DNA of 63,802 nucleotides, filler included, from Reticulomyxa filosa (taxonomy: Eukaryota; Protista; Foraminifera), in the NCBI GenBank assembly GCA_000512085.1. It is 16 parts of 16 records of this genome, joined end to end, with 100 filler letters (N's around TTAATTAATTAA, not from the genome) between each part and the next. Parts side by side here need not be neighbours in the genome. Positions count along the whole stretch, not along the records: positions 1 to 5,525 come from ASPP01006467.1; positions 5,626 to 8,509 come from ASPP01013866.1; positions 8,610 to 10,508 come from ASPP01033051.1; positions 10,609 to 11,835 come from ASPP01002364.1; positions 11,936 to 13,300 come from ASPP01044944.1; 11 more parts are not named here. One strand, 5' to 3'. Within the stretch, counting starts at the first letter, position 1; each line of letters begins with the position of its first letter. Shown in pieces: positions 1-13,400 of the stretch. The translations under genes were made by a program, and so were the position numbers. Below the pieces are notes generated by a model, which ran no database searches, had not been told where the DNA came from, and was given only the letters and a program-made list of their open reading frames with translations.

Positions 1-281
1 AAGGTTTTGGCGTTTGTTTTTACTATTTGTTTATTTTTTTATTGTCAGAATGTCTAAGCTTATCATGAGAGCTTTACTGTGCTTTTTTTTAAGCGTTATT
101 AACATTTTGATTGTGATGATTTTTGGACAAAATGATAAAGAATTGTTTCAACGTAGATTTTTTACATGTATTCAACATTACAATGAAAAGAAAAAATTAG
201 TAGATAAAATACCACTTAAAAATCCAACATTTAATCAAAGACCATGTTAACTGCATCTGGGCGTATACTTCCTGAAAACGA

Positions 282-2646
282 TCATAACTGCTCCCACAGT
301 CGAATTGTTCCATCTTTAGATGATGACACAATTGCATCATTATTTGGTGTAATATCAATTCTTGTCACTCCATTTGAATGTCCATCCAATTTTTGTATTT
401 CTATTTCCAATTTCAAGTCCCACAACCGAATTGTTGTATCATCTGAACACGAAACAATGATCTGGCCATTTGCGGAGAATTTTGCATAATTGACTCGATT
501 TGAGTGTCCTTTCAATATTCTCATTGATTTTGATGACACTAGGTCCCAAATTTGAATAATTTTATCCCTTGAGCAAGAAACAAGAAACTGATTATCTGGA
601 GAAAACTGAGTACTTGTTATAACATCTAAACCCGTTTCCAATTTACAAACCATATTGCATCCCACATTCCACAAAACAATTTTGTCCACAGATGAGGATA
701 CAATCATTTGACCATTTGGTGAAAATTGTACGTGAGTTATATAGCTTGAGTGTTCTTCTAATTTTCTTATCTCGAAGCCGGATTTTATATCCCAAAGTCT
801 GATAGTTTTATCTCTTGAGCATGATACAATAGTATAACCATCTGGTGAAAATGTAGCACTTGTTACACTATCCGAATGCCCTACAAATATTTTAACTTTT
901 TTCTCTGATTTCGTCACATCCCACAGTCGAATGGTTCTGTCATTTGAACATGATACAATTGTGTTTCCATCCGGAGAAAATTGCGCATCATTAACTGAAT
1001 CCAAATGTCCTTGCAACAATTGAATTTCTTTGCTCCATGTTATGTCCCATATTCGGACTGTTTTATCTGATGAACATGAAACAATTTTGGTACAATCTGG
1101 TGAAAATTTTACACTATTTACTGCATCAGAGTGGTTTCGAAGGACTTTTGATAATTTAAAATAATGCATCTATTTTGTATTGGACAATGGATGATGGAAT
1201 GTATTCCAGTCACATAAAGCAGTTCAATACAACATATACCATAAGGTACTGCGCAATGATCGCGCCAAAAGTATCCATCCATCCAAAATTAAATTGCAGT
1301 AATCGAATCCAATGTTCTATTATCATTACAATGTCTCTTTGCCTCTATTTTTTGTTGTACAATACAGCTGAAACTAGATTTGTCTTTTTGTTTGTCTTTG
1401 CTGGCTATATAGTCGCAAACGAAGCAAACAATAAAAAAAAAATCAACCTTCAATTTCTTTATTTGAGGCTCATGTACCATTTTTTCAATTTCGGTTTTTA
1501 TTTGTTCTATTTCCTCTTTTTCTCCTTCTTCTTGAATCCATTGTAATTCCTTTTTAGTCATTTCTTTCGCCCACGAATTTACATTTATCTTAGCATGTGC
1601 TGCTGTTATGTCTTTTTTATCATCAATCCCCCCAATGATATGCACACATGTATGATCGCTATTGAATATCCCAACACATCCATGCAATGGAATAGGCAAA
1701 GTTTGTTCAAATTGCGTCCACTTGTTTTCACTCATCGAGTACTTGTACATTGTATTTGAAACGCCAATATCGGCACCGCCATATCCACCAAAAAACAAAA
1801 CAATGTCATTAACACATGCATACGCATATGAATAGAATGGCCTAATTGTTGAGCAAACTCGTAATGGATTAAATTTAAATATACGTTTGTCTTCGTCATA
1901 TTCAATGGATAATCCTATTGCTTTACAAAATAAAAGCATTTCAACCATCTTTTTGCTCACATTTGTTTTCATTGGTATTGTCAATGCATCTTCTGTTTTT
2001 AACACAAAACAATGATCCTGTATGTAATCTCCAATTGGCAAAGTACTGCAATTAACGTATTGGAATATATTCAAATCAAACACATCAATATTCTTTGGAT
2101 AATAAGTAATAAACAACAAATGATTGTCATTTCCGCCAATCACCGCACGAACTCCAGTGTAATTCTCTTTTTTTTTTCAATGCAAATTGCTATGTTACGA
2201 CGATTCATAAAAGGAAACCACTCATTGTATTTATAATATTTTGGTTTCCCCTTTCTCTTTTCTTTTTCCATTTCCATCTCGTCATCTTGATCGTTGTTCC
2301 ATACGCTTGTGTATTTCATCACCAGTGTATGTTTGAATTGTCCACCAAACGATAGCAAGGTGATAGCATTTGGATCATTTTTTTCTATACGCTTTAGTAC
2401 AGTATGTCCTCCCCATGGTATCGTATTCTTTGGATACGAGCAAATTCGTTTATATTGATTTTTGATTGTATGATAAGAATAACAGTCTTTTTCATTATGG
2501 CCCCCACAAATGAGAATTTCATGTTTATGGAACACACATTGACTACGATAAAGTGGGACAAACAGAGAAGCCAGTGTTTCAAAAGAAGTTATTGGGCCTG
2601 TCTTTTCATTTGGTTCTGGTCTAGTTTTGCTTGTTTTCATTTCCAT
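282..2646 (-). CDS. Multi-exon Kelch-like beta-propeller + coiled coil + WD40-repeat protein (one apparent homopolymer frameshift near 2170)
   Basis: ORFs 2140-2646 and 1289-2143 read as one Kelch-like protein (QCVFHKHEILICGG, LLSFGG, VLFFGGYGG, HIIGG) across the T-run at ~2168-2177. A short exon DIVMIIEHWIRLLQFNFGWMDTFGAIIAQY lies at ~1243-1335. A GT..AG intron then ends directly before the ATG at 1169. 282-1169 encodes ~7 WD40 repeats (GH..VN..FSPDG..IVSCS.D.TIRLWD). Confidence 0.85.
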
Positions 2647-3116
2647 TCAGGGTTGCTACAATATTTCAATAGAACTTTTAATGAATTATTTTTTAAGTGA
2701 GCCAAGTCAATCGGAAAAAATTCAGGGAAAAAATTGCACCCTTTTTTTTTTGAAGAAATGCGTTTGCTCATTTTCACAAAGGCTAAATCTGTCTCAAAAA
2801 ATATTATTGGAAAAAACGATTTTCTTCAAGTTGAGCGAAAGTACTCACTCTCACATGAACAATCAAATGAGATGCTTTTTTTTCCCCTTTTTTTCTCTCA
2901 TACATTTACTAAGAACTCCAAAGTAACTAACTTAAAATCTATTTATGTTGGGTTAGTTTTTTGTTCCCTTTGAAAATCGTTCAACACGCTTTGTTTGACA
3001 AAAAAAAATTAGCAAACATTTTTTTTTTCTCCCCTTTTCTCTTTTCTCTTCCCCTTCCCCTCTCCTCTCTGGTTTCTGTTTTTTCCATCCCTCGCTTTCC
3101 TTTACTAAAAAACATT

Positions 3117-5505
3117 TTACTTTTCGTTTTCCTTGATAGCGTCCAAGTCGAGTAAAACTTGTTCTAGATTTCCTTTGTGCTGTTTGAGTAAGATCAAGTT
3201 AAGTTTTTTGTTGGTGTATCCGTAGTCATGCAAGATGGACAGATTGAGTTTGATGGCTTCATCCAGGGAACTCGTATCGTCCTGCTTTGACGAAGAAGAG
3301 ACAGCAGTAGCACTTGATCTTCTCTGGGTCGAAGTATTAACGGTATTGACATTGGCGTTTTGAGGTACTGGAGAGGCGACAAAGTGAAGCCAATCATCGG
3401 CGTCTGTTGTATTGGACGTGTTCGTATTATTTTTCACTTCCGTATGATCATTGACTGTGTTGCAGCAATCGGTGTTGTCCAGAGGAAAGACTTGAGATGC
3501 TGCACATTTGATTTGTAAATTTGATTGGTTTGAAATGTTAGCAAAAGAAAGACAAAAAAAAAAGTTATTAACAAGTCCAGGCATCAATATTCGCGCAATG
3601 TGAGGGTTTTTGAGAATTGCCTAAATCGAAAACATTGGTTTGATAATTCTGATTTTGGTTTTGATTTTGACTTTGATTTTGTTGGTTCTGATTCGTCAAC
3701 TGTTGTAACGTTTTCATTTGAAGCCACAAGAGTTGTTGCTGTTCTTGTTGTTGCTGCTGTTGTTGCTGTTGAAGTGACAACAGCGGCGAGAAAGGTAGTT
3801 GTCCACAGCCAAGGGGGTTTGTTGGCTGTACCAGTTTGTCATTCGTGTTGGTGTTTATCCATATATTGCAGACACATTACAACTAACAAAAACGCGCACG
3901 AAATTTGAATTTTTTTTTTTTTTCAATTCAAACAATAGAATAATAACTGCAATAAATGGAACTGACGGTGTCGCTTGTGGCGTGGCTGGCAACATATTTT
4001 GTGTACTACGTTCGTTGATGCTGTTGGGAGAAAAGTACATGTATGGGTTGTTGGAGGGAAATGCCATTTGTGGAGGAATCGAGGGAGGAGGAGGAGGAGG
4101 AAGAGGAGATAGCAGCGAGGGTGGCATTGAAGGTACCAATGATGGCTGCAGCGAAAGAGTAGTGGCCATTGGCATTTGACTGCCATACGATGACCATCCC
4201 ATTACAGATTGATTCAATAGACTTGCAGAGTGATTGAATGTATTGACAGCTGTAGTCAATCGATTGAGGGAGTCAATCAATCGATGCAATGTTTTTTTTT
4301 CAAATTTGTCGTTGTCGCCATTACTACTTGTTGATTCATTGTCATTGTCATTATCATTATCATTGTCATTGTCATTATCATTATCATTGTCATTGTCATT
4401 GTTGTTCTCTTCTTTTTCTTCTTTTTTTTTTTCTTCTTTTTCTTTGTTATTGTGACTCTGATCATTTTGAGGGAACAAATCAAAGTCAAGCACAACTTGT
4501 GCATTGGGATCGTTGTTTGATTGCAAATTCAACAGCTCTGTGAAATTATCTTTCACAGAGTTATTCTCATTCACAGATGGCTCTGCTTTGGGGTTTGCTT
4601 TTGGCTCCGGTTTTGGTGCTTCCACTGCCGATGATGACGAACGTACTTGGCTATTTCTTTTTTTTAATGCAACGATACTAAGAAATAGACAAAAGGGAGA
4701 GAGGACACAAATGTCTTGTTTGATATTATGCATACCTTTTGTTTTTTGCCTTGTCATTGGCATCCGGTTCATTACTATTGATCAAACTTGTGATTGTGTT
4801 GTAAAAGCTCTGGATCGAGGTTTTCACTGCACCCATGGAATCCAGTCTCATCCCAGGGAATGAATATGCGTCCTCTTTTTCTTTTTCTTCTTCCTTTTTT
4901 TTTTTGCATCGTCCACGTCCAAGTCTTTCTTCTCGTCGCTCGTCTTGGCACGACTCTGCCTTTGCAATTCAAGGTATTCCTCATAACTTTGCCATCGCAA
5001 TTCCTCAAACGATGTTTCTGGATTGGGTATCTGAAATCCATTGATTTCGGCAGTTTCTGATTTTCCATCCCCTTTGTTCGCGTTCGACGCATTGGGTGGA
5101 TGGACCGGATGGACCTGATTGGCCTCTTTTGGTTTTTCTTCTTTTTTTTTGTTCTTTTTGATCCTATGGTATAATCCAACACATATAATATATATGCATA
5201 TATGTATATGTATGTGTATATATCATCTTTGCATATATCATCTACATACACATACCCTCCATGTTTTCAAAAAAAAAAAAAAAAAACACAGTAATCCCGC
5301 GTTTAGTAACTGTATTATCAGTGGGCGCCTCATACTTTTTCAACAGTTGTTGTTGTTCTTCAACCAACTTTGTCAAGTCTCCGGAAAATCCATCCAGTGC
5401 CAACACGTCGAGAAGAGCTTCGTCCTTTTTTGTTATATTTATTATTATTGTGATTATTGCAATTTCTTCATTTGTCCACAATTTACACTTTTTGTTCATC
5501 CTCAT
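3117..5505 (-). CDS. 5'-truncated multi-exon low-complexity protein with C-terminal UBA-like domain
   Basis: Chain of minus-strand exons with ND-repeat, Pro-rich and Gln/Asn-rich segments. The last exon ends LSILHDYGYTNKKLNLILLKQHKGNLEQVLLDL, matching the UBA pattern (L..MGF....N...L....GN...A...L). Confidence 0.65.
4335..4403. repeat. (CATTGT/CATTAT)n hexamer microsatellite encoding an Asn-Asp repeat
   Basis: Directly visible tandem repeat; translates to NDNDND on the minus strand. Confidence 0.9.
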
Positions 5506-5525
5506 CCCTTTTTTTTTTTTTTTTT

Positions 5526-5625
5526 NNNNNNNNNNNNNNNNNNNNNNNNNNNNNNNNNNNNNNNNNNNNTTAATTAATTAANNNNNNNNNNNNNNNNNNN
5601 NNNNNNNNNNNNNNNNNNNNNNNNN
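5526..5625. other. Artificial contig-joining spacer (first of 15)
   Basis: N-run + TTAATTAATTAA (stops in all six frames) + N-run. Identical spacers start at 8510, 10509, 11836, 13301, 34588, 35688, 37734, 40522, 42182, 45345, 56446, 58282, 60336 and 61907. Confidence 0.98.
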
Positions 5626-5670
<45 letters not shown>

Positions 5671-6091
5671 TCTTTTTTTTTTTTTACAATGTCGAAAGAT
5701 TTGTCCACTTTTTTTTTTTCTCTTTTAGATTGGTATTGCCCATTGATGCTTTGTGTTTTCATTACCTTTACAGCAGTACTAAGAATAAAAGCGTATGTCC
5801 ATTTTTCTTTTTTTTCCCCCGTTTCAATTAGAATTTCTGTAAATAATTCAATGTTGATAGCCAATCGCAAATAAAAAGAAAAAATATTTCTCACCGTGAT
5901 TAAATGTTGCCATTTTTGTTGATTGTTGCATGTTTGTCCATTTTCAACGGTAATTCTGAAGTCAGCTATATTTTGAAAACGTGTCTTTAACTGGACGAGT
6001 ATTTCGTTAAAAATAAATAGGGGGGGAATTGCAATTGATGCGTCCCACCCCAAGCTGGAAATAGTAAGCATCGATTGTCTATTCTTGAATA

Positions 6092-7462
6092 ATGCAAAGT
6101 CGAATAGGCGATTTTGTGCGAAGACTCAGGCGTCATGCCTCAAAGAGGCCTCTAGTCTACGCCGCAATTCCAGGTAGTGTGATAGCAGCGGCGCAGAAAA
6201 ATCGAGTTGGAAAAGGCATAAAGAATAACCATCAAGCGTCGAACACTGAGAATGAGGCAGACAGTGTCGCAACAGACAGTAATGATATCGAGAATCAGTT
6301 GTATGAGCGAACAACCCTAAAGTCGCACTTGGTATCATTTTTTTTCCATCAAGACGGCACGGTATTGGAAAAGTTTTACAAAATTGCCACAAATCCTACT
6401 GTATTAATTGACGTGGGTATTATCTGTGGTAGTGGTGCCATGACCATATTGGGTATGTATTACACGAAGAAAAAGGCACGTTTGCATTGGTTTAACCGCC
6501 ACTTTATGGACACGATCAATGTGAGCATCAATTCTTTTCAAATCAATCGCTCCAAACATATTCATTTGCAATCGCGCACCATTTTGCACGAGCACCTCCA
6601 AGAGTTTATTCCAAATAAGGAAGGAATAAAAACGCTCACTGACGCTGCCAATTCCAAACTTAAGCGTAGATCTTGGTTTAACTCTGAAAACAGTTTTAAC
6701 ATTACATTTGACCTTTAAAAAAAAAAAAAAAAAAAATATTCTCTTTTTTATTTTTAAAAATTGCACGTGCGCACGCATGCTCGTTTTTGCCGTACATATC
6801 GGCGCAAGAGAAGAAAATGGGGAAGGTACCGAAAATATATGGGGGTTTTTTTTCCCCCCCCCCTCCTCCCCTCTGAAATTTCCGGAAAAAAAAAGACCCG
6901 TTTGATTGAAAAAAGATATGATTTTAGAGGGTCTTTGTTTTTCTTTGTTTTTTTTGATAGACAAGTTTAATCCTCTAATTGCGCTGGATGGAAACTCTCA
7001 GGAAATATGCTATGGGTATCTGCGTAACAAAATCAGCACAATTTGCGGACAATGGTTTGTTGCGCAGGACGTGTGTGACAAAAAAAAAATTTTTGTAAGT
7101 CCAAAAAAATCCAAAACCAAAAAAACATTGCGAGTGAGGATTATATTATTCAGTTATGCATTGAAAAGGGGTTTGAAGGGATGAACAAATTTCGAGTGAT
7201 TTTGATCCAAAGAAATAAGTTGCAATGGATCATTGATCACTTGGAAGAATTGGAAACAAATAAATATAAATTGGCTGGCAATAACGCACAAAATTATCAA
7301 ATCCGTTGGAACACCATCTTAGAGATTGCCAAATCACATCGAATCGATCCAACTGGTGGTATACAGTTCCAATCGCTTGAGCTGGCAGTTCCTTACTTTT
7401 ATTCACAAACTCAGAAAAAATTACGCCGCAAACACAGAGCAAAAATCGAAAAGAGCTATTGA
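6092..7462 (+). CDS. Three-exon conserved hypothetical protein with one predicted TM segment
   Basis: Exons ~6092-6692, 6961-7070 and ~7154-7462 splice in frame at GT..AG (..SEN-NKFNPL..; ..VAQD-LCIEKGFEGMNKFRVILI..). Hydrophobic stretch VLIDVGIICGSGAMTILGMYY. Confidence 0.7.
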
Positions 7463-8001
7463 AAAGGTGTGTTTTTCTAAAACGTGAATGGAAAAAGTAA
7501 ACATAAAATGCTTTGTTAATATTGTTGATCTTTAAGTGATGATAAATAAAATACGACAAATAACATTTCATGAATTTGTTTTTTTCTTAAAACTCATTCG
7601 CACTAAACAAAAAGTTTGACAGAACAAGTAAATAGTAATTAAACTGGAGAGTGTCATCACTTAAAAGATAATCACAGCAGCAATTTTTTTTTTGCAAAAC
7701 ATGTATACTTTACCTTTATTGGATTAACAGTTTATTGTTTAGTGTATTAAATCAAAACTGGTAGTTGTCAAATTAAATTGTTAATTAAATAGAAACAAAA
7801 TTAGAATAGTGCGCTCTTTTATGTACCTAGTACTCTCACATTAGAAGATATCACTTTGGTTGAATTTGTAAAAAAACGTACGAAAGATTGTGGTAATGTT
7901 CAAATCACAACCTAGGAATGAAATAAGTGCTTAGTTTGACGACAGGCCCTGTAACTAGAAAAAAAAAGGAATAAGTGGAGTATCCTTTATCAATCATCCC
8001 A

Positions 8002-8483
8002 ATGACGAATATTGTTTCAGATTCAAGCGAAGTTGATAAGAACAACACGGAACCAATAACAGAACAAGAGGAAAAAAATGATTTGAAGTCCTCAGAAGGC
8101 ACAATTGTAAGCAACCTTCCAACGACCTCGAGCGTGAACGAGATCAATGTCAGCAACGAAACTCCAAGTATGAGCAATTTTGACAGCAGATATCGATCGT
8201 CCTCGTTGACAAGACCACCAAAACTGCCATGCGGCCGTCGGCATGACGAAGTCTTTAATCCAAGAAAGCTTTACGTTGGCAACTTGTCGAAGGATATGTC
8301 TAACAGACGTTTTCGAGAATTTTGGGAAAAGTTTGGGGCATTGGAAGACTGCATTGTGATTAAAGTTGAGTGTGTGTGGACATTACATTGACAAAGCACA
8401 GATAAGTTTTTTAAAAAACACAGGAATCAACATCAAATGAAAGTCGAGGTTTCGGATTTGTTGTATTTTCTGATCAAGAAGCA
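8002..8483 (+). CDS. RRM RNA-binding protein, hnRNP A1/Musashi/DAZAP1-like (3'-truncated)
   Basis: RNP2 KLYVGNL in exon 1. After intron ~8365-8423, ESTSNESRGFGFVVF supplies RNP1. Confidence 0.85.
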
Positions 8484-10149
8484 GTTAAGCCACACTCCTC
8501 CAAAAAAAANNNNNNNNNNNNNNNNNNNNNNNNNNNNNNNNNNNNNNNNNNNNTTAATTAATTAANNNNNNNNNNNNNNNNNNNNNNNNNNNNNNNNNNN
8601 NNNNNNNNNAATGCACAAACCCAAGCAAATGATTATATATCTTGAAAATACCAAAAAAATCTCACAAATTTCAAAAACTTGTCTTGCCCTTCCCTTGTTT
8701 GTACAAAAGTTTTATAAAACAAAATAAAAATTTACTTACATGTTATTTTTTTCTCAGGAAGAAAATTGAATAAAAAGTGTTTTTGTATAATATAACAACA
8801 AAGATGATGATTATTTCTTTTCGCTGGGCTCTTACTCTTTTTATATTATTAACCTCTGCAAAGGAATTACTAACTTATAATCTCATATATTTTGCTTCCA
8901 TCGTAATGAGCAAACCTTTGACAAGACTTCACTGTAATAACAAAATATTACAAAATTATGCAATAAACAAATCATTTGAAGACGATGTTCAAAGCACTAC
9001 ATGAGTCAATTGAATGCAAAAGAATTTAAAATTGCTTCTTTCATTAATGAAGAAGATATACTTTCCTTCTTTAATTATTGTTATCTCTTTGTCTTTTGTA
9101 TAAATAATGCACATATGTAATACATATACGTACCTGTTATATTTTCAAAGACATAAAATACTAACGTCTTCAAAAACTTACATTGGAAAAAAGGTATTTT
9201 ATTTGTGTCATCTTTTGATATTTTCTCTTTTATTGTTATTCCTTCAAGAGATAGAACATTTCTAAAAATGAAATTCAAATTATTTTATTTGTTTTACATT
9301 TATTTGAGTATTATTGATCCAGTATTTCTTTACATATTGATGCTACAAAAATACATATGATCAAATAATTAAAATGACAGATTAAATGCCAACAAGACAA
9401 AACAGAAATTGTTTATAATTGCATTCAAATATAATTTAGCAATGTGTTGTTTTTTTTATTATTATTAAAAAGCCAATATTTTAAGCTACTTTAAAATGAG
9501 AAAGTTAAAATGATTCAATCAATAAATATAAACAAGAAAGTGTTTAAATATTATAAAAATGAATAATATTGTTTGTAAAGAGGATTATCGACACTTTTTT
9601 TTCTTTATATCTTTCATTTTCATTAAATGCAACCGTTCAAATTTTTAGTATTCATTTTTTTGCTTTTACTACATCTCTATTCCATTTACACTACGTACTG
9701 ATTTCGGTAGATCCATAAAGCTTTTTTAAAGATTAAAAAACAAATCAAAAAATGTCAAAAAGAAGAAATACATTGACTTGAGCCAAATTTTTAATAACGT
9801 AAATCTACTTTCACTGCAGGCAAATAATCTATAAATCTAATTATCATTCTTCTGTAGAGAAAATTTATACTATATTATCTTTGTTAAGGAAGGGAGTACT
9901 TAATAATGAAACACATGAATCCATTTTTATTTGGTGACTTGAAAGCTAAAAACAATCTTACTACAAAAAAAATGTTAGTTCTTATGCTTTTGAATTAGTT
10001 TGCATTAGACAAAAAAAAAGCAAAAAAACCAATGATAAGTAAATACAAAGCAAAAAGTAGTCAATGTACAAACTTTGAAAATAACACTAAATTCTGCAAA
10101 AAAAAATTTATTTGTTAACAAAAAATTACGTAAAAGACTAATCTTTTTT

Positions 10150-10508
10150 TTTACAAATATCTACCACCATTAAATGGTGAAAACTCAATTGCATTAACAT
10201 GAAAAACAAAAATAAAAAAAAACGTAACATAATTGGCAACTAGTTTATCGAAATCATTTATCCATCCCAATTTAATGTTTAATATTCGAATCCAGTACTG
10301 GATAATAATTTGGATTTCGTTTTCCTTTAGTTAGTTCAATCACAAGTCACATACAATAAATGCAATAAAAACCTAAAGCAAATCAACTTTTTAAAAATTT
10401 GAAATAAAACTTACTAATGTATATAATTAATTGTATTTGAATTACAATAATTGATTATTGTAATCTTTTTCTTTTTTGTCTTCGTTAATTTGATTTTTAG
10501 ATTGAATA
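10150..10508 (-). pseudogene. WD40-family gene remnant
   Basis: Exon ~10230-10325 reads ENEIQIIIQYWIRILNIKLGWINDFDKLVANYV, the same motif as in the 282-2646 gene. It is followed by HVNAIEFSPFNGGRYL and then a stop. Confidence 0.6.
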
Positions 10509-10608
10509 NNNNNNNNNNNNNNNNNNNNNNNNNNNNNNNNNNNNNNNNNNNNTTAATTAATTAANNNNNNNNNNNNNNNNNNNNNNNNNNNNNNNNNNNN
10601 NNNNNNNN

Positions 10609-10940
10609 TTAACAGCTGCAGCATAGAGAGATGTATCTTGAGATGAACTTTCTTTGAGATATTGAAGAATCTCTTTGTCAGATTCCATTTTTTGAATTAA
10701 TGATCGTCCATGTTGTGATTCAGGGGAAGGTATTGCTTTTGATAATGCGCCCTGCCGTCCCTTTAGCTTTTTTATGTATTGAGTCTTTTGATGCTGTTCA
10801 TTCAACCTGACTTGATGTGTGTTGGGTTGACGAAGTCGTCTAATGAGAACACAAGGAATGAGGTTCCAGTTCAGTCGTTTGTTTAGCTTTTCTTGTCTAA
10901 CCCCAGTTCTTTTGAGAGTTACGCTCATCATTGTTGTCAT
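10609..10940 (-). CDS. Hypothetical protein, 5' part (truncated by contig end)
   Basis: ATG-initiated ORF of ~110 codons open to the contig edge, less AT-rich than its flanks; no family recognised. Confidence 0.3.
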
Positions 10941-11454
10941 TTATGTTTTTAATGATCAATTAAAAATTGAACTTTGAGTTTGAACTTTTTAACTAAAAAA
11001 AGCTAGTGACAAATTTCAAATTTGTTGAAATGACTTGAAGTTGATATGCATAAAAAGAAACAGACAACTAAATTAATACTGTAATTACAACAAATTATTT
11101 GTTTATTGAAATATGATCAAATCACACAAATAACTATTTTTATAACTTCGTGTAACAATTTTCTCTCAACTTGTTTCTTATTACTTTTACGTGTAATTTT
11201 AAGTTTGAATAAATTGCATTTATACAATAATGGATCGAATTTATGTTTTTATTGAATGGGACAAATGCAAGATCTAAGCCATCACTAGTTTCTGTCCGCG
11301 TTGAAATATTTATAAAATTTTTTAAATTATTCAAGGAAAATCAATTATTGAATCTTGCATCAGCTGATATAGAATTTGATAAATCATCTCTATCAATCAT
11401 TTCTGATACATGAAAATGCCAATATTTGATGATACTCAATTCATTTCATTTGTT

Positions 11455-11590
11455 CTGTATCAGAAGATATTTAATGATCGACATTCAGATTCAATACATT
11501 GTGTAAAATTTTCACAATATTATTATCATCAGGTGACTATATAATTCATTTTTGGAATTAGAATAAACAAATTAAAGTCAAGACATTTGA
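11455..11590 (+). pseudogene. Degenerate WD40 repeat fragment
   Basis: Reads KIFNDRHSDSIHCVKFSQYYYH and then breaks down in stops and frameshifts. Confidence 0.45.
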
Positions 11591-11935
11591 GCAAAACTAT
11601 TATTTCTTTCTTGCGTAATACTTTACTCAGTACAGGAGTGCAAATTTGTAGGAATCACTTTCGCATTCTCAATTAATTTTAACATCTCAACCAATTGCTT
11701 TTATTTGCGAACCTTTTAATTAAAAAAAGATAATGATGAATTTTAAATTTGAACGTTTCAGTTGATGTTTATTGAATGCTGATTAAAATTATTTGTTAAA
11801 ATTTTTTTTGGTATTGATTTGTAACAAATAATTGANNNNNNNNNNNNNNNNNNNNNNNNNNNNNNNNNNNNNNNNNNNNTTAATTAATTAANNNNNNNNN
11901 NNNNNNNNNNNNNNNNNNNNNNNNNNNNNNNNNNN

Positions 11936-12450
11936 ATATATATATATATAACAAACCTTGATTTCTCCTTGCGGAGACGGGGGGCCTTACCCCATAATAT
12001 TTTCTTTTTTTCTCTTTTGTTGATTGATGCAAAGCATCCAAATAAAAAGACATTTTTTTTTTTTTCAAAGTGGACTGTTCTGTTGCAAAAACAAAACCAC
12101 TTTTTTTCAGTTGCAAAATTATAGAAAAAAAAGAAAAAAAAGACCTACTGTTTGGAGAGTGCGAATGCACACTAATTACAAGCTGGACCAGAGACAACAA
12201 AAAAAAAAAAAAAAAAAAAGACCTTTTTTCGTTAAAACATAAATTAACAACTCATAAATATTTATTAAAAAGATGTAAATTTGCAATTTTTTAAAATATT
12301 TTGTCGTTTTTGACAAAAAAACTTGAAAAAAAGAACTGTTAAAATTTTGAATAGTATTTTATTTGTTGTTCTGCAAGTGTAAACAACATGGAACTTGCTA
12401 TCAAGGATTGCTTCTCCAATGCACTCCTCTGCAAAATGGAACCGTTGTAG
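11936..12450 (-). repeat. Copy D of the dispersed mosaic repeat (hairpin/spliced module)
   Basis: Colinear with 24635-25330. 11965-11996 matches 24658-24689 at 31/32 nt, GATGCAAAGCATCC is identical (12026 vs 24721), and CTTCTCCAATGCACTCCTCTG is shared (12411 vs 25300). Confidence 0.85.
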
Positions 12451-12827
12451 GATACCATATCTTTACCATTGAGGAAATACCCGTACACAATTTGAATATC
12501 CTTAAACTGATTTTGAAACAACAGTGTAAGATTTCGGCAGATGGATTGCACATTAAATACAAAATTCAAACATAAAGAAATTCTTTGAGATAAATTTGAA
12601 GTTTTTTTAAGCATCCAATCAATTGTAAAATGGAATTTTTTAATTTGGCCATATTTTAACTTTGAAAAAGTAAAGGAAAGGAGAGTAGAACAACAATAAA
12701 AATGACCAAAGAATAGAAACAAAAGAGTTCAATTGATACCTTTGGATTGCCATAATTAGCAAGCAAACAAAAAAAAGATAATTGTGAATAAATTCTCTGA
12801 AAATTCATACACAAGTATTTTTTACTT

Positions 12828-13300
12828 TCATTTTTGCTTGCAATGTCCTGATATGCCATTCTCCAAACAATGCAGTATATGTCTTCCATGCTCCTTCAAA
12901 ATATCCGCTCGCTGTTTTATAGTTTCCCAGTTTTCAAATTCAAGCCCTAAAGTCCAAAACAAATAAGCCACATCATCATTATTAAATCCAAAAATTTCTA
13001 ACGTAATCTCCAATGATTTTTCATAATATTCAATCGCTTTATTGTGCTCTTTATATTGATAAATTCCTCCTAATCTGTTATATGATAATGCAACGTCTAC
13101 ATGTTTGGCTCCAAAAATTGCTACTCTGGTTTCTAATGCCTTCATATGGTATTCAATTGCTTTGTCATGTTGTGCCCACTCACCATAAGTATTACCTAAG
13201 TTTTCATACAAATTGGCAACAAAATTACAATTAATCCCAAAGATGTCCACTACAATCTGCAATACTTTTTCATAGAATTCAATTGCATGTTCATTTTGCC
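12828..13300 (-). CDS. Tetratricopeptide-repeat protein (TPR_12/kinesin-light-chain type), 3' fragment, possibly pseudogene
   Basis: Repeats such as ANLYENLGNTY...HDKAIEYHMKALETRVAIFGAKHVDVALSYNRLG...NKAIEYYEKSLEI. The last repeat degenerates by frameshift. Confidence 0.8.
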
Positions 13301-13400
13301 NNNNNNNNNNNNNNNNNNNNNNNNNNNNNNNNNNNNNNNNNNNNTTAATTAATTAANNNNNNNNNNNNNNNNNNNNNNNNNNNNNNNNNNNNNNNNNNNN

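Noticed and set aside
2160-2180. Frameshifts at homopolymer runs (also ~48260) as programmed frameshifting
   Set aside because: They fall in long A/T runs in an assembly full of homopolymer-terminated contigs; sequencing error or pseudogenisation is more likely.
5570-5581. TTAATTAATTAA repeated 15 times, superficially like a repeat array or piggyBac TTAA site
   Set aside because: Always centred in identical N-runs; it is an artificial six-frame-stop linker. Adjacency across spacers therefore has no biological meaning.
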